DNA from: a virus
Taxonomy: Duplodnaviria; Caudoviricetes
DNA length: 29,230 nt
Virus record (IMG/VR): IMGVR_UViG_3300048576_000607
Coordinates: 1-29,230 of that record
Strand: one strand, 5' to 3'
This document shows positions 1 through 8,832 of this stretch, piece by piece. A program made the translations under genes and the position numbers. The notes under the pieces are model-generated. The model saw nothing but the letters and a program-made list of their open reading frames with translations. It was not told the DNA's origin and did not search any database. Numbering within the stretch: the stretch's first letter is position 1; each line of letters begins with the position of its first letter.

Positions 1-468
1 ATGAATCGCACGCTTACCGACGCCTTTCCGCGCGAGCAACAGGCGTCGCTGCTCGGCTTCTTGCGCGATGGTCCCATCGGCCCTCCGGGCCTGGCCATCG
101 CGGCGGCCGGCAGCTCGGCGGCCAAGGCCTCGGCTTTTGACTACCGCGTCAACGGTAAAATCTACGCCAAGGCGGCCCAGGCCACCATTTCCCTGGTTAC
201 CCTCGGCGTGGTGGCCGCCGGAAAATCCTCGGCCGTCTTCCTGGCCATTGACGCCGCCGGCAACGTCACCATGTCGCCCGTGGCTCCCGACGAGGCCGGC
301 GATATCGTCGTGCCCGATCCCGGCGAGGGGGCCTGCCTGTTCGGCGCGGTCAAGGTGGCCAACGGAGCGGCCACGGCCTTTACGGGCGGCACCACGGCCC
401 TGGACGCGGCCAGCGTCACGGCGACCTACTACAACCTGTCCGGCGTGATCCCCGGCGAGAGCCTGTAG
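1..468 (+). CDS. Phage structural protein, possible head decoration/cement protein (155 aa; upstream context outside window)
   Basis: ATG at 1, TAG at 466-468, high GC3 codon usage. Small Ala/Gly/Val-rich, beta-strand-like protein at the head of a structural operon. Function inferred from position. Confidence 0.55.
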   Translation: MNRTLTDAFPREQQASLLGFLRDGPIGPPGLAIAAAGSSAAKASAFDYRVNGKIYAKAAQATISLVTLGVVAAGKSSAVFLAIDAAGNVTMSPVAPDEAGDIVVPDPGEGACLFGAVKVANGAATAFTGGTTALDAASVTATYYNLSGVIPGESL

Positions 469-477
469 GGAGCAGCC

Positions 478-678
478 ATGGAACGTACGCTCAACGATAT
501 CCTGTCCAGCGTCCATGATCCCGGCACGAAGCTCGCCCTGCAAAAGGTGTTTCGGCTGGTCATCGACGCGATCGAGAACCATGCGCACAAATGCGGCGGC
601 GACGGCGTGGTGTCTTCGATGGCCTGTACGGACCCGCCGGGCCATACCGCCACGACGCCGCTGGTCCTGCCCAAATAA
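478..678 (+). CDS. Small phage hypothetical protein (66 aa)
   Basis: GGGAG RBS just before the ATG; fills the gap between neighbouring genes; high GC3. Confidence 0.65.
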   Translation: MERTLNDILSSVHDPGTKLALQKVFRLVIDAIENHAHKCGGDGVVSSMACTDPPGHTATTPLVLPK

Positions 679-690
679 GGAGCGGTTGCT

Positions 691-1014
691 ATGCCCAAAA
701 AGGAATCGCCCGTGGCGACGGGCCACCGGATCGTGATCGCCAGCGAGAAGACGAAGGAGGGCCGTCGGGCCGTCGTCGGGTGCCATGCCGGCGTCAACTT
801 CCAGATCCCCCGCGACACGGAATGCACCGTGTCCGAGGCGGTGCTGGAGATCCTGCGCAACGCGCAGGTGCCCGACGTCGAGGTGCTGGAAGACGGCGGC
901 GTGGACATGCGCATGGTCCAGCGCTTCCCGATCACCTACCTCGGCCCGGTGTACGAGGAGCCGGCCGGCGCGGAGAACGAGGAAAACCAGGAGCCGGCCG
1001 GTGCGCCTGCCTGA
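691..1014 (+). CDS. Phage hypothetical protein of the type found just downstream of podovirus major capsid genes (107 aa)
   Basis: AAGGAG RBS. Motif VGCHAGVNFQIPRDTECTVSEAVLEILRNA...RFP resembles the small capsid-adjacent family; acidic tail. Confidence 0.65.
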   Translation: MPKKESPVATGHRIVIASEKTKEGRRAVVGCHAGVNFQIPRDTECTVSEAVLEILRNAQVPDVEVLEDGGVDMRMVQRFPITYLGPVYEEPAGAENEENQEPAGAPA

Positions 1015-1855
1015 TCTTCGCGAAGCCGCGCGCCTGGTGTTCGTCGATGCGCGCATCGGCGACGATGAACTCAACCTCTACGCCAACGAGGCGCTTCTGA
1101 CGGCGGCCACCCAGGTCTTTCTGCCCGACATGGAGGCCGCCGCCTCCGTCGTTGTCCCGGCCGGAACGGATTCCGTCCCCTTGCCCGGGGACTTCCATCG
1201 GGAGCTGTTTTCGTGCCGCAACGGCGAGGGCGGCCGCGTGGCCGTGCTCAAACAGCCCAGGGACATGGAGCGGCGGGAGCACGGATGTCCGACGCCGGGC
1301 CTTGTTCAGGCCGTGGCCGCCGTCGGGACGCGCCTGCTCCGGGTCTGGCCGAAACCGGAAACCGAGGAGACGCTTGTCCTTGGCTACTACCGTCGGCCCC
1401 ATGTGCTTGAACAACAGGTCGGGTCCGTGGCTTTCGATGCCGCGGCCAAAGCCTTCACGGCGACGGCTCCTATCTTCGGGCGGTTTCGGTACGGCGACGT
1501 TCTGACCATCAAGGGCAGCGCGCGAAACGACAAGGTGTTCACCGTCGTTTCGGCCACTTCGGATGTCTGTGTAGTGGCTGAAAACGTGGCCGATGAACCG
1601 GCCGTTGAAGTCGATGTGCTGGCGCTCGATGTCGAGGCCGTGCCCGAGGAACTCCATCGCAACGTGTTGGTGAACGGCATCCTGGCCAGGGCTTACGAGA
1701 CCAAGGAGGACGCCCTGGAAGGCAAGCGCAATACGGACCGCTTCATGGCGCTGACCGAAAAGGCGTTCAAAGAACTCAAGATGGCCATCAACGCCACGGG
1801 CTATCGGGCGCGCACGGCGGATTGCGGCGAGATCCGCCGGAGGTCCCTATGCTGA
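1001..1855 (+). CDS. Phage adaptor/head-tail connector-like protein (284 aa, GTG start)
   Basis: AGGAG RBS 7 nt before GTG at 1001, in frame with ORF 785..1855. Adaptor-like motifs DDELNLYANEAL, VPLPGDF, LRVWPKPE, LGYYRRP, VPEELH...ARAYET. Confidence 0.65.
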   Translation: MRLPDLREAARLVFVDARIGDDELNLYANEALLTAATQVFLPDMEAAASVVVPAGTDSVPLPGDFHRELFSCRNGEGGRVAVLKQPRDMERREHGCPTPGLVQAVAAVGTRLLRVWPKPETEETLVLGYYRRPHVLEQQVGSVAFDAAAKAFTATAPIFGRFRYGDVLTIKGSARNDKVFTVVSATSDVCVVAENVADEPAVEVDVLALDVEAVPEELHRNVLVNGILARAYETKEDALEGKRNTDRFMALTEKAFKELKMAINATGYRARTADCGEIRRRSLC

Positions 1856-2757
1856 CCGCCGATTTCCGCGTCTGTCGGGGGCTCAACACCCAGGCCGCGC
1901 CCGAAGGGCTCGCCTGGGACGGACGCTCCGGGGCGTATGAGACGGCCATGCTCCTGGACGTGGACGTGCTGGATGGCGGCCGCCGGGTGCGTCGCCGGCC
2001 CGGCCGGGTACGCGTGGACCCCAGGCGCTGGCGTGACACGTTCACCGCTCCTGACCGCGCGGTCTACGCCGTGGTGGATGACGTGTTGTGCCGCCTTTTG
2101 TCCGGTCCGACGCCATTTCCGCTCTTGCCTTTGGAGACGCCCGGCCGGGTGGTCTACGCGGCGCTCGATGACTTGGTGTTCTGGAGCAACGGGCTTGAAA
2201 AGGGGCTCATCCAGCACGGCGAACCCGTCGCCTGGGGCGGAAAGACCTGGCCCGTGGCCAGCGAGGCGGATCGGTTCGTGTCGCCGCCGGCCGGGACCGT
2301 GCTCGGGGCCCATGCCGGCCGGATCTGGATCGGGGACGGCTGCATGCTCTGCTTCACCGAGGGAGCGGGCGGGTTCCATTTCTGGCAGATGGCGACCGGC
2401 TATTTCGAGATGCCCGGCGAGATCACCATGATCCGTGGGGCCGACGACGGGCTCTACGTCGGCACCACGGCCGGCGTCTACGTCCTGGCCGGCATGGACC
2501 CGGGCCAGATGCAGCCCCGCCGGGTGTCCATCGACGCGGCCATTCCCGGCTCCGACGTCTCGGTCAGAGCAGACGATTGGGGCAGGTTCGATCCGCAAAA
2601 CGCCGCCATGTGGACTTCGCCCCGTGGCGTCTGCCTCGGCCTGCAGCAAGGCATTCTCGTACAAATCACCAAAAACAGGGTGGCGTTCGATGCCCCGGCA
2701 TCCATGGCGGCGGCCATCGCCCTGCCGCGCCGGTACGTCGCCATCCTGCATCCCTAG
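1849..2757 (+). CDS. Phage tail/stabilisation protein, probably beta-propeller-like (302 aa)
   Basis: GGAGG RBS before ATG at 1849, which overlaps the previous stop. Motifs FRVCRGLN, HAGRIWIG, GLYVGT, AMWTSPRGVCLG. Position after the adaptor. Confidence 0.6.
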   Translation: MLTADFRVCRGLNTQAAPEGLAWDGRSGAYETAMLLDVDVLDGGRRVRRRPGRVRVDPRRWRDTFTAPDRAVYAVVDDVLCRLLSGPTPFPLLPLETPGRVVYAALDDLVFWSNGLEKGLIQHGEPVAWGGKTWPVASEADRFVSPPAGTVLGAHAGRIWIGDGCMLCFTEGAGGFHFWQMATGYFEMPGEITMIRGADDGLYVGTTAGVYVLAGMDPGQMQPRRVSIDAAIPGSDVSVRADDWGRFDPQNAAMWTSPRGVCLGLQQGILVQITKNRVAFDAPASMAAAIALPRRYVAILHP

Positions 2758-2766
2758 GAGGCCACC

Positions 2767-3225
2767 ATGGCGCTTCGCCTTTCCACCGGGCTGCGCAACC
2801 TCTTGCTCGGCACCAGCAGTTTAAAAACCATCCTCCAAAACGGCGTGATCCGGATTTTCCCCGGCGTGCAGCCGTCCAGCGCCGATGACGCCGAGGGGGC
2901 CACCCACCTGATCGAGATCACCGTCTCCTCGGGCGCGTTCACGCCTGGTTCGGCCGCCAACGGCTTGAACTTCGCCGCGCCGTCCAACGGCCAAGCGGCC
3001 AAATCCGCCTCGGAAGTCTGGTCCGGAGTGGCCTCGGCCACGGGCACAGCCGGCTGGTTCCGGTTCTACGCCAACGACCGCACCACCGGGGCCGACACGA
3101 CGCACGCCCGTTTCGACGGATCGGTCTCCACCTCGGGTGCCCAGATCAACATGTCGAGCACGGCCCTCACCGCCGGGGCCACCACCACTATCGACAGTTT
3201 CGTCGTGACCATGCCGGCGTCATAG
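2767..3225 (+). CDS. Virion structural protein (152 aa)
   Basis: AGGAGG RBS. Motif pattern MALRLSTGLRN...IFPGVQPSSADD...GTAGWFRF...FDGSVSTSGA of a common phage tail-associated family. Confidence 0.7.
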   Translation: MALRLSTGLRNLLLGTSSLKTILQNGVIRIFPGVQPSSADDAEGATHLIEITVSSGAFTPGSAANGLNFAAPSNGQAAKSASEVWSGVASATGTAGWFRFYANDRTTGADTTHARFDGSVSTSGAQINMSSTALTAGATTTIDSFVVTMPAS

Positions 3226-3261
3226 CCCTCTCAATCCGTCCTTTATGAGCAGGCCAATTCC

Positions 3262-5085
3262 ATGAGCGAGTCAAAGAACAGACCGCCAGAGCAAATAAAC
3301 TGGCGACTGGAAGGCGACAAGGATCGCGCTGACTCTTTGCGAGGGATTGGCCTGCAACTTAAGGGACAGATGCAAAGAGAGAATACGTTCGACTATTCCG
3401 TATTTTCGAGACGGTACACTGGCAAAGACGGGACAACGTGTACTATCGTTCGCAACTGCGGGCCAACAACTGACGTATATACAATAACGATTTATTGCCC
3501 GCCACAAAAACAAGGAAATCAAAACGCCCAATCGAATATCCCGTCATTGCAACCTGGTCAGTTTTATTATGTGCCTGGATGCGTGGCAAGGTATGGGTTC
3601 ATTAACGAACTGTACAATGAAATCCCCTTGAAGAGAGGTAGCGCCGGAGAAGGCGTCGATACCAGCAACACAGGAATGGGCGTTGTCTTCATTCCTCTAA
3701 AAGATTCTGGATTGCCTGGGACTGGTGTTACGCCAGATGGGTCCATTTCCAGGGACTACCGTGTCATCGACTTCGTTGGCAGTGATCCAGACGATCCTTA
3801 TACGGCACCTTTTCTGGAATTGTCGTCTTGGCACATTCCGAACGAAGGGCCGTTCTCCATCTCTTGTGTTTTCAGACTCAACGAAGACGTCATATGCGAT
3901 TACTCGCAGACGACAAAGACTGGTGAATTGGACAACGGATTTGCTGTCTATAACGAAATCAAAGCACGCCTGCTTTTTTCCGACGATGGCGCGACTTGGT
4001 ACACGCATTGTCCCGGGGGGACTGCGCCACTCATCGGATATAAAATCCCTGAAAAATTCTACGACCATTGGGTTACTATTACTTACCCATGGCCTACTTA
4101 CAATAACAACTTTGTTCAGAACGGCGACAAGGCAATAGGCTATCGCGAAATCGCCACCATTTGTTCTGGAGAACCCTTGCTTGTATCTCCATATAGCCAG
4201 GATTCTCCGTATTGGGACAAGGTTTATACAGGAGGCCTTGAGACTCTTTCAGGAAAGTTTCTTTCGGGGTGGGCAGAGAATACAGACATTCAGAATACCG
4301 CGCCATACAAGTCATTTTGCACGTTCCGTGTCGAAGGTGCTCATGGAAAGGATGCCGGCACTCGGGCTGTCGCTTCATTGAGCGATGGAACTAGGCGCTA
4401 TGCAACCGTTGAATCCCTTTACTATGAATATGAAAATGATGAGATTGTCGCCACTGTTTTTACTTTGAAAGACTACCAGTACAAACTTTACATGACCGAA
4501 GCCCAGGCCGCCATTACGTTTGGGTCTCAACCATTCCCTGTGAGTCGCCCCGAAGGTTTCATGATCGGGATGAACATCATGGGGATGGTCTTCTTCAATG
4601 CCGGTGGAACCCGTCTTGTTGCTGGAAAGGTTTGCAACTTTCAAGATGAGTGCAAGAATCCTCCCATTGTCTCTGACATTCTGGACCTAGGTGAATGGTA
4701 CCATGCTGTTATGAGCTATGACGAGAAAGGTAAAACGGGATTGTATTTGACGAAACTTGGACAGAATGAAGTAGCGCCTCTTGAGGCGGCCCAATCTACT
4801 TCAAAATTCCAGAACGTTGACGGTTTCGGCGGGGCCGTTGGATTGAATGTCGCTTCCGATAACTGGTCATTGGGACCAAGGGCGGATAGCCCGGCAACCG
4901 AACGCACGGCAGAGTGGGAATTTTCTTCCAAGATGAGCATTGGCCTCATGCGATTTTATCACCACGCCCTGAAAAAAGAAGAAGCCGTTTTGCTTAAGCG
5001 TGAAGTCTTTGATGGAATCTTCGTTGCTGATGACAATGAGGCAGCGCAACTTGTTGGATCTGGCTTTCAGCCCGTGACGGTGTAG
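3262..5085 (+). CDS. Putative receptor-binding/tail protein with LamG/ConA-like jelly-roll elements (607 aa, low GC)
   Basis: Long ORF with FSISCVFR, LGEWYHAVMSYD..GLYL and IGLMRFYHHALKKEE, which match LamG-like strand motifs. Sharp drop in GC content relative to the flanks. Confidence 0.6.
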   Translation: MSESKNRPPEQINWRLEGDKDRADSLRGIGLQLKGQMQRENTFDYSVFSRRYTGKDGTTCTIVRNCGPTTDVYTITIYCPPQKQGNQNAQSNIPSLQPGQFYYVPGCVARYGFINELYNEIPLKRGSAGEGVDTSNTGMGVVFIPLKDSGLPGTGVTPDGSISRDYRVIDFVGSDPDDPYTAPFLELSSWHIPNEGPFSISCVFRLNEDVICDYSQTTKTGELDNGFAVYNEIKARLLFSDDGATWYTHCPGGTAPLIGYKIPEKFYDHWVTITYPWPTYNNNFVQNGDKAIGYREIATICSGEPLLVSPYSQDSPYWDKVYTGGLETLSGKFLSGWAENTDIQNTAPYKSFCTFRVEGAHGKDAGTRAVASLSDGTRRYATVESLYYEYENDEIVATVFTLKDYQYKLYMTEAQAAITFGSQPFPVSRPEGFMIGMNIMGMVFFNAGGTRLVAGKVCNFQDECKNPPIVSDILDLGEWYHAVMSYDEKGKTGLYLTKLGQNEVAPLEAAQSTSKFQNVDGFGGAVGLNVASDNWSLGPRADSPATERTAEWEFSSKMSIGLMRFYHHALKKEEAVLLKREVFDGIFVADDNEAAQLVGSGFQPVTV

Positions 5086-5086
5086 C

Positions 5087-5971
5087 ATGGAATTGCTCAA
5101 GACTTATTACGATGACAATGGCAAGATCATTCTTTCGCCGCAAGACATGTCGGCGAGAGAATTCTATAGAGACTATATCGCTGTACATAGATTTAACGAA
5201 ATGTTTGTTGGTTGCCCCCAGACTGTGAACCTTGAAAGAGTCATCACCGCAAACGGTTTTAAAGAGCGTTGGGGGAATACGCCTGGTGCTTTGCGAATAG
5301 GCTCTTCCAGTGATTACGACGTTATGATGTCTGACGGTCCATTTGGGACAAAAGTTTGCCAGCTTGTTGGAAGTTTTGTCGATGGAGGCGATATCTTTTC
5401 GAATAATTATCGAGAAACATACAATGCTGTTGGAAAAGAAATAAGGCTGAAAGGAAGAATAAAGTCTCCTACAAAACCATGGCGAATCGATCAATATGAT
5501 GAGAACGGTTATTATTTAAGTTCAACATATAATCCAGAAGAAGAATTTGGGATGTATTTATTTTCCTACGACTCCCAATCAAACCCATATGGGTGTATGG
5601 CCTACCTTTGGGTGTCAAACAGAGGTGGAGTCCGTGCCATAATACAAAATAGTGCCTCATCTGGAAACTCTTGTGATTTAAGCTATGGAGGATTTGTTTT
5701 TGACATAGCCATCGAAGCCTTGGATGGTTTGTGGCATGCCTGGGAATTACGTTTAAACCTAAGTACAAAGTTAATGTCTATTGTCCTTGATGGAACTACC
5801 GTCGCGAGTAGTGTTTACAACGAATCGAGCTTTTATAATTCAGATAGCTGGAATGGGACAAATCCATGGGACCCCAATGATAACTATATGGGAACATACT
5901 GGACAATGACAGGAGACAAGAAAACGATTTCTGAAATAGCGTTCGATTCTTACGAACTTGAGATAATATAA
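5087..5971 (+). CDS. Hypothetical protein, possible ConA-like lectin fold (294 aa, low GC)
   Basis: Starts 1 nt after the previous stop. DGLWHAWELRLN...MSIVLDGTTV resembles a LamG/ConA strand pair. AT-rich. Confidence 0.6.
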   Translation: MELLKTYYDDNGKIILSPQDMSAREFYRDYIAVHRFNEMFVGCPQTVNLERVITANGFKERWGNTPGALRIGSSSDYDVMMSDGPFGTKVCQLVGSFVDGGDIFSNNYRETYNAVGKEIRLKGRIKSPTKPWRIDQYDENGYYLSSTYNPEEEFGMYLFSYDSQSNPYGCMAYLWVSNRGGVRAIIQNSASSGNSCDLSYGGFVFDIAIEALDGLWHAWELRLNLSTKLMSIVLDGTTVASSVYNESSFYNSDSWNGTNPWDPNDNYMGTYWTMTGDKKTISEIAFDSYELEII

Positions 5972-6648
5972 TGCAATTTAATTACCCGCAAAGCATGTCT
6001 TGTCGGTTCGATGGCTTTCCCCAGCAAATAGAAATTCGTTGTGGGGATAGAGTGGCAGAGTTGTCACCACTTTTTTCTTTTGGAAGCAAGGTAATCTTAA
6101 GCCAAACACCCAGCAGCGGGCAAGAACTTGGGTGGATGCCGGACCAAGATGACTCTGATAGCTATTATGATGTTTCAATTGATTATAATAGCGCGACTGG
6201 CCAGTATACATACGTTAAAGTTTATAAGGGTGTAAACGATGTAAGAAAGATTTATACAGATACGGGGAATGATTGGACGTACGGGTTAAAAGTTTCATTC
6301 TTGGGTCGCGGTACATTTTTCACAAAAAGCAATACCGATCAGTTCTATTCGTTTTGTGTTTACAAGGCTATCAGGGTTGAATCAAGTAGTGGGAGTGTTG
6401 TTGAATTTGGAGACAATTTCACATGCGCAACTCAAGTGCCTATTTCTGTAGATTTAGCTTCAATGTACACTGTCCCATCTCCAACATATAACTACTCCGA
6501 CCCCATCCCAGGTAGTTTTGAACAGAATGGAGATATTTATATAGGTGGTGTAAAATTTACGATTTCGAACGGATCGACCATTGTTGTTCATTCTTCTGGT
6601 GGAGACATGAAGATTTCCTACATTAACGGTGGATTCATCATATACTAA
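5971..6648 (+). CDS. Hypothetical beta-rich protein (225 aa, low GC)
   Basis: TAATG stop/start overlap with the previous gene; Tyr/Ser/Gly-rich; longest ORF in an AT-rich stretch. Confidence 0.6.
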   Translation: MQFNYPQSMSCRFDGFPQQIEIRCGDRVAELSPLFSFGSKVILSQTPSSGQELGWMPDQDDSDSYYDVSIDYNSATGQYTYVKVYKGVNDVRKIYTDTGNDWTYGLKVSFLGRGTFFTKSNTDQFYSFCVYKAIRVESSSGSVVEFGDNFTCATQVPISVDLASMYTVPSPTYNYSDPIPGSFEQNGDIYIGGVKFTISNGSTIVVHSSGGDMKISYINGGFIIY

Positions 6649-6649
6649 T

Positions 6650-8383
6650 ATGGCCACTATTTTTAACTACATGGCCACAATGGAAGCCGTCGCCGTGGAT
6701 AATCCCACAGGCAACGGTTTTTGTGCGCTCCCGCAACCGATTGGTTCGGGGACGGCAACCTGTGGCGTGGTGGCCGCGATGGCACTGCCCATGCCGTCCT
6801 TGGAGGCGTCGGCGGATTGGGAACCCCTGGGCCAAGTTGTGCTCCCGGCACTGGATTCCACGGGTACCACCGCTGGCTATCATCCGGCCTGGGGAGCGAT
6901 CCTCTTTCCAGCGATGACGGCAGACGCCCAAGCCCATGCGGTGATCGAATCCAAAGCACTCCTGCCAACGTTGTTCGCGGTGGGCCATACCGGGGCGGCC
7001 GGCGAGATGGACGTGCTGGTGGACGCCAATGCCATGGCCGGCGCGCAGGGGATGTGTTCCTTTTCGCTTGATGCCCTCGGGGCGGATATTGGTCTGCATC
7101 GCCATGGAGCCGGGACCGCGACCATGCCCTTGGCCGCCGCATCGGGCCTTTCCTGCGGCCTGGACAAGCCCATCGACACCGGGGCAACGAGTGCCGCCGT
7201 CGTTGCCCTGCTCCAACAGGGCAACATGACCCTGGCCGATGCTGCCGCATCCATCTGCGCCTACGACGACACCGACGATGACCGGGCCATGTCGGTGACC
7301 TATTTCGTTTCCCACCTCATGGCCTACGTTCAGGACAGCGCGTCCGGCATCGGGGACCGCTGGACCTGCGCCCTGGCCACGTGGCTGCGAAAATACGGCG
7401 ACTGCGAGGACGGCGCGATCCTGATCCACGCGCTCCTGCTCGCGGCCGGCGTGAACCCGGGCCGCCTCCGCACAGCCTTCGGTTTGGCCATGACCACGGA
7501 CTTGGTCGCCTCCGGCCACGCTTGGGTCATGTATCGTCGCCTGACCGACGAAGAATGGATTCCCCTCGAGTGGACGTTCCAGCCGTCGCCCTATGATCGT
7601 GAGGCTTGGCAAATCAACCGCCAGGTGGACATGGCGGCCAGCTACACCAAGATTTCCTACATCCTGACCCACGAAGCCTTCTACGCGGTCAACGACGCCA
7701 ACTACATCCCCAAGCTGGCCGCGATTCGCTCCATGGCCACGGCTTCGTTCCCCTTGCCGACAGTCGCCGCAACGACAGGCCTGTCCGCGACTGCCGCCCT
7801 GAAGCTTTTCCAAGGAACATTGGCCACCACGTTGTTCGTCGCTGGCCAAGCCGGGGCACGGGCCTCTCTGCTCGTTGGCTTGCCATCTGTTGACGGCGAG
7901 GCTTCGCAGGTGGCCACCAGCCGGGGGGCGTGCGTGGCCCCGGCCCTGGCGGCGACAGGCGCGGCCGGGGCGCAGGGTGTGGCAAATCTGCCACAACTGC
8001 TTGCCACCGGCCAGTGTGGCCTGTCCGGCCGGGCGGATGTGGCCCTGCCCATACTGGCCCTGGCCGCGACCGGGACCGCCGCCGCCCTGGTCGCGGCCGA
8101 ACTTCTCCTGCCGCGCCCGACCGTGGCGGCCGTGGCCGGTGTCGGGGCTGTTTCGTCCGGCGAAACTCCCATGCCGGCCCTGCGTATGACCGGCCGGGCC
8201 GCGCAGGGCCCGGTGGGCCGTGCGGCGGTCACGTTGCCACGGGTTGCGCTTTGCGGCCTGGCCATGCCGGTGTCGGTCGGCGTTGGCGATTGCGAGCTTC
8301 CCGTGCCGGTTGTGCGCGCCCATGGCGGCAAGACCGTGTCTTGGGCCGAACCCATGACCTACAATCCCGAGAGGTGGACATGA
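6650..8383 (+). CDS. Ala-rich virion protein with an internal transglutaminase-like cysteine peptidase domain (about 577 aa)
   Basis: ATG at 6650, directly after the previous stop (6671 is an alternative start). Catalytic-type motifs GDCEDGA (Cys codon 7403), GHAWV (His codon 7517) and WIPLE (7556-7570), flanked by LP-x-L-x-A-x-G repeats. Confidence 0.7.
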   Translation: MATIFNYMATMEAVAVDNPTGNGFCALPQPIGSGTATCGVVAAMALPMPSLEASADWEPLGQVVLPALDSTGTTAGYHPAWGAILFPAMTADAQAHAVIESKALLPTLFAVGHTGAAGEMDVLVDANAMAGAQGMCSFSLDALGADIGLHRHGAGTATMPLAAASGLSCGLDKPIDTGATSAAVVALLQQGNMTLADAAASICAYDDTDDDRAMSVTYFVSHLMAYVQDSASGIGDRWTCALATWLRKYGDCEDGAILIHALLLAAGVNPGRLRTAFGLAMTTDLVASGHAWVMYRRLTDEEWIPLEWTFQPSPYDREAWQINRQVDMAASYTKISYILTHEAFYAVNDANYIPKLAAIRSMATASFPLPTVAATTGLSATAALKLFQGTLATTLFVAGQAGARASLLVGLPSVDGEASQVATSRGACVAPALAATGAAGAQGVANLPQLLATGQCGLSGRADVALPILALAATGTAAALVAAELLLPRPTVAAVAGVGAVSSGETPMPALRMTGRAAQGPVGRAAVTLPRVALCGLAMPVSVGVGDCELPVPVVRAHGGKTVSWAEPMTYNPERWT

Positions 8384-8829
8384 GCGCCAACACCCTGGGC
8401 ATCTCCCTGCCGGCCGATTCGCTGGCTTTGTCGCAGTACAGGAACCTCCCTTTCACGAGTTTTTTCCAGATGGACGGCAAGACCTACGGGTGCGCTCTGG
8501 ATGGGCTGTATCTGATCGGTGGCGACGATGATGCCGGCGAGACCATCCGGCCTGTGATCGAGGGGCCGAAGACCGATGCGGGTTCCGATGCCTACAAGCG
8601 GTTGCGCGGCGCGTTCGTGGCCGGCCGGGGCGTCGAAGGGCTGACGTTCTCCACGCGCCAAGGGGAAGGCGATTGGCGCGAGGCCCTGGCGGTCGGCGGC
8701 GGGCGTTTCGCCGTGGGTCGCGACAGCGCCGGTCGCGACATGCAGTGGCGCATCGAGGGCGACGGGTCGGACTTCGAGATCTCGTCCGTGACGCTAGACG
8801 TCCTCAACCTTGGCCGGGCCAGGAGGTAA
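8380..8829 (+). CDS. Phage structural hypothetical protein (149 aa)
   Basis: GAGGTGG RBS and ATGA overlap at 8380. Motif LSQYRNLPFTSF...YGCALDGLYLIGGDDDAG of a conserved phage tail-associated family. Confidence 0.7.
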   Translation: MSANTLGISLPADSLALSQYRNLPFTSFFQMDGKTYGCALDGLYLIGGDDDAGETIRPVIEGPKTDAGSDAYKRLRGAFVAGRGVEGLTFSTRQGEGDWREALAVGGGRFAVGRDSAGRDMQWRIEGDGSDFEISSVTLDVLNLGRARR

Positions 8830-8832
8830 TCC

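Noticed and set aside
785-1000. Long N-terminal extensions in the ORF track (785, 1822, 7930, 27142, 27462, 28046, 28691 starts)
   Set aside because: Most overlap upstream genes and read as off-frame sequence. Downstream starts (1001, 1849, 8380, 27382, 27894, 28184, 28763) have an RBS and/or stop-start coupling.
7247-7268. Possible in-window gapped target of the pentamer tract (ATnTGnGC)
   Set aside because: Only three of seven dinucleotides match, which is expected by chance.
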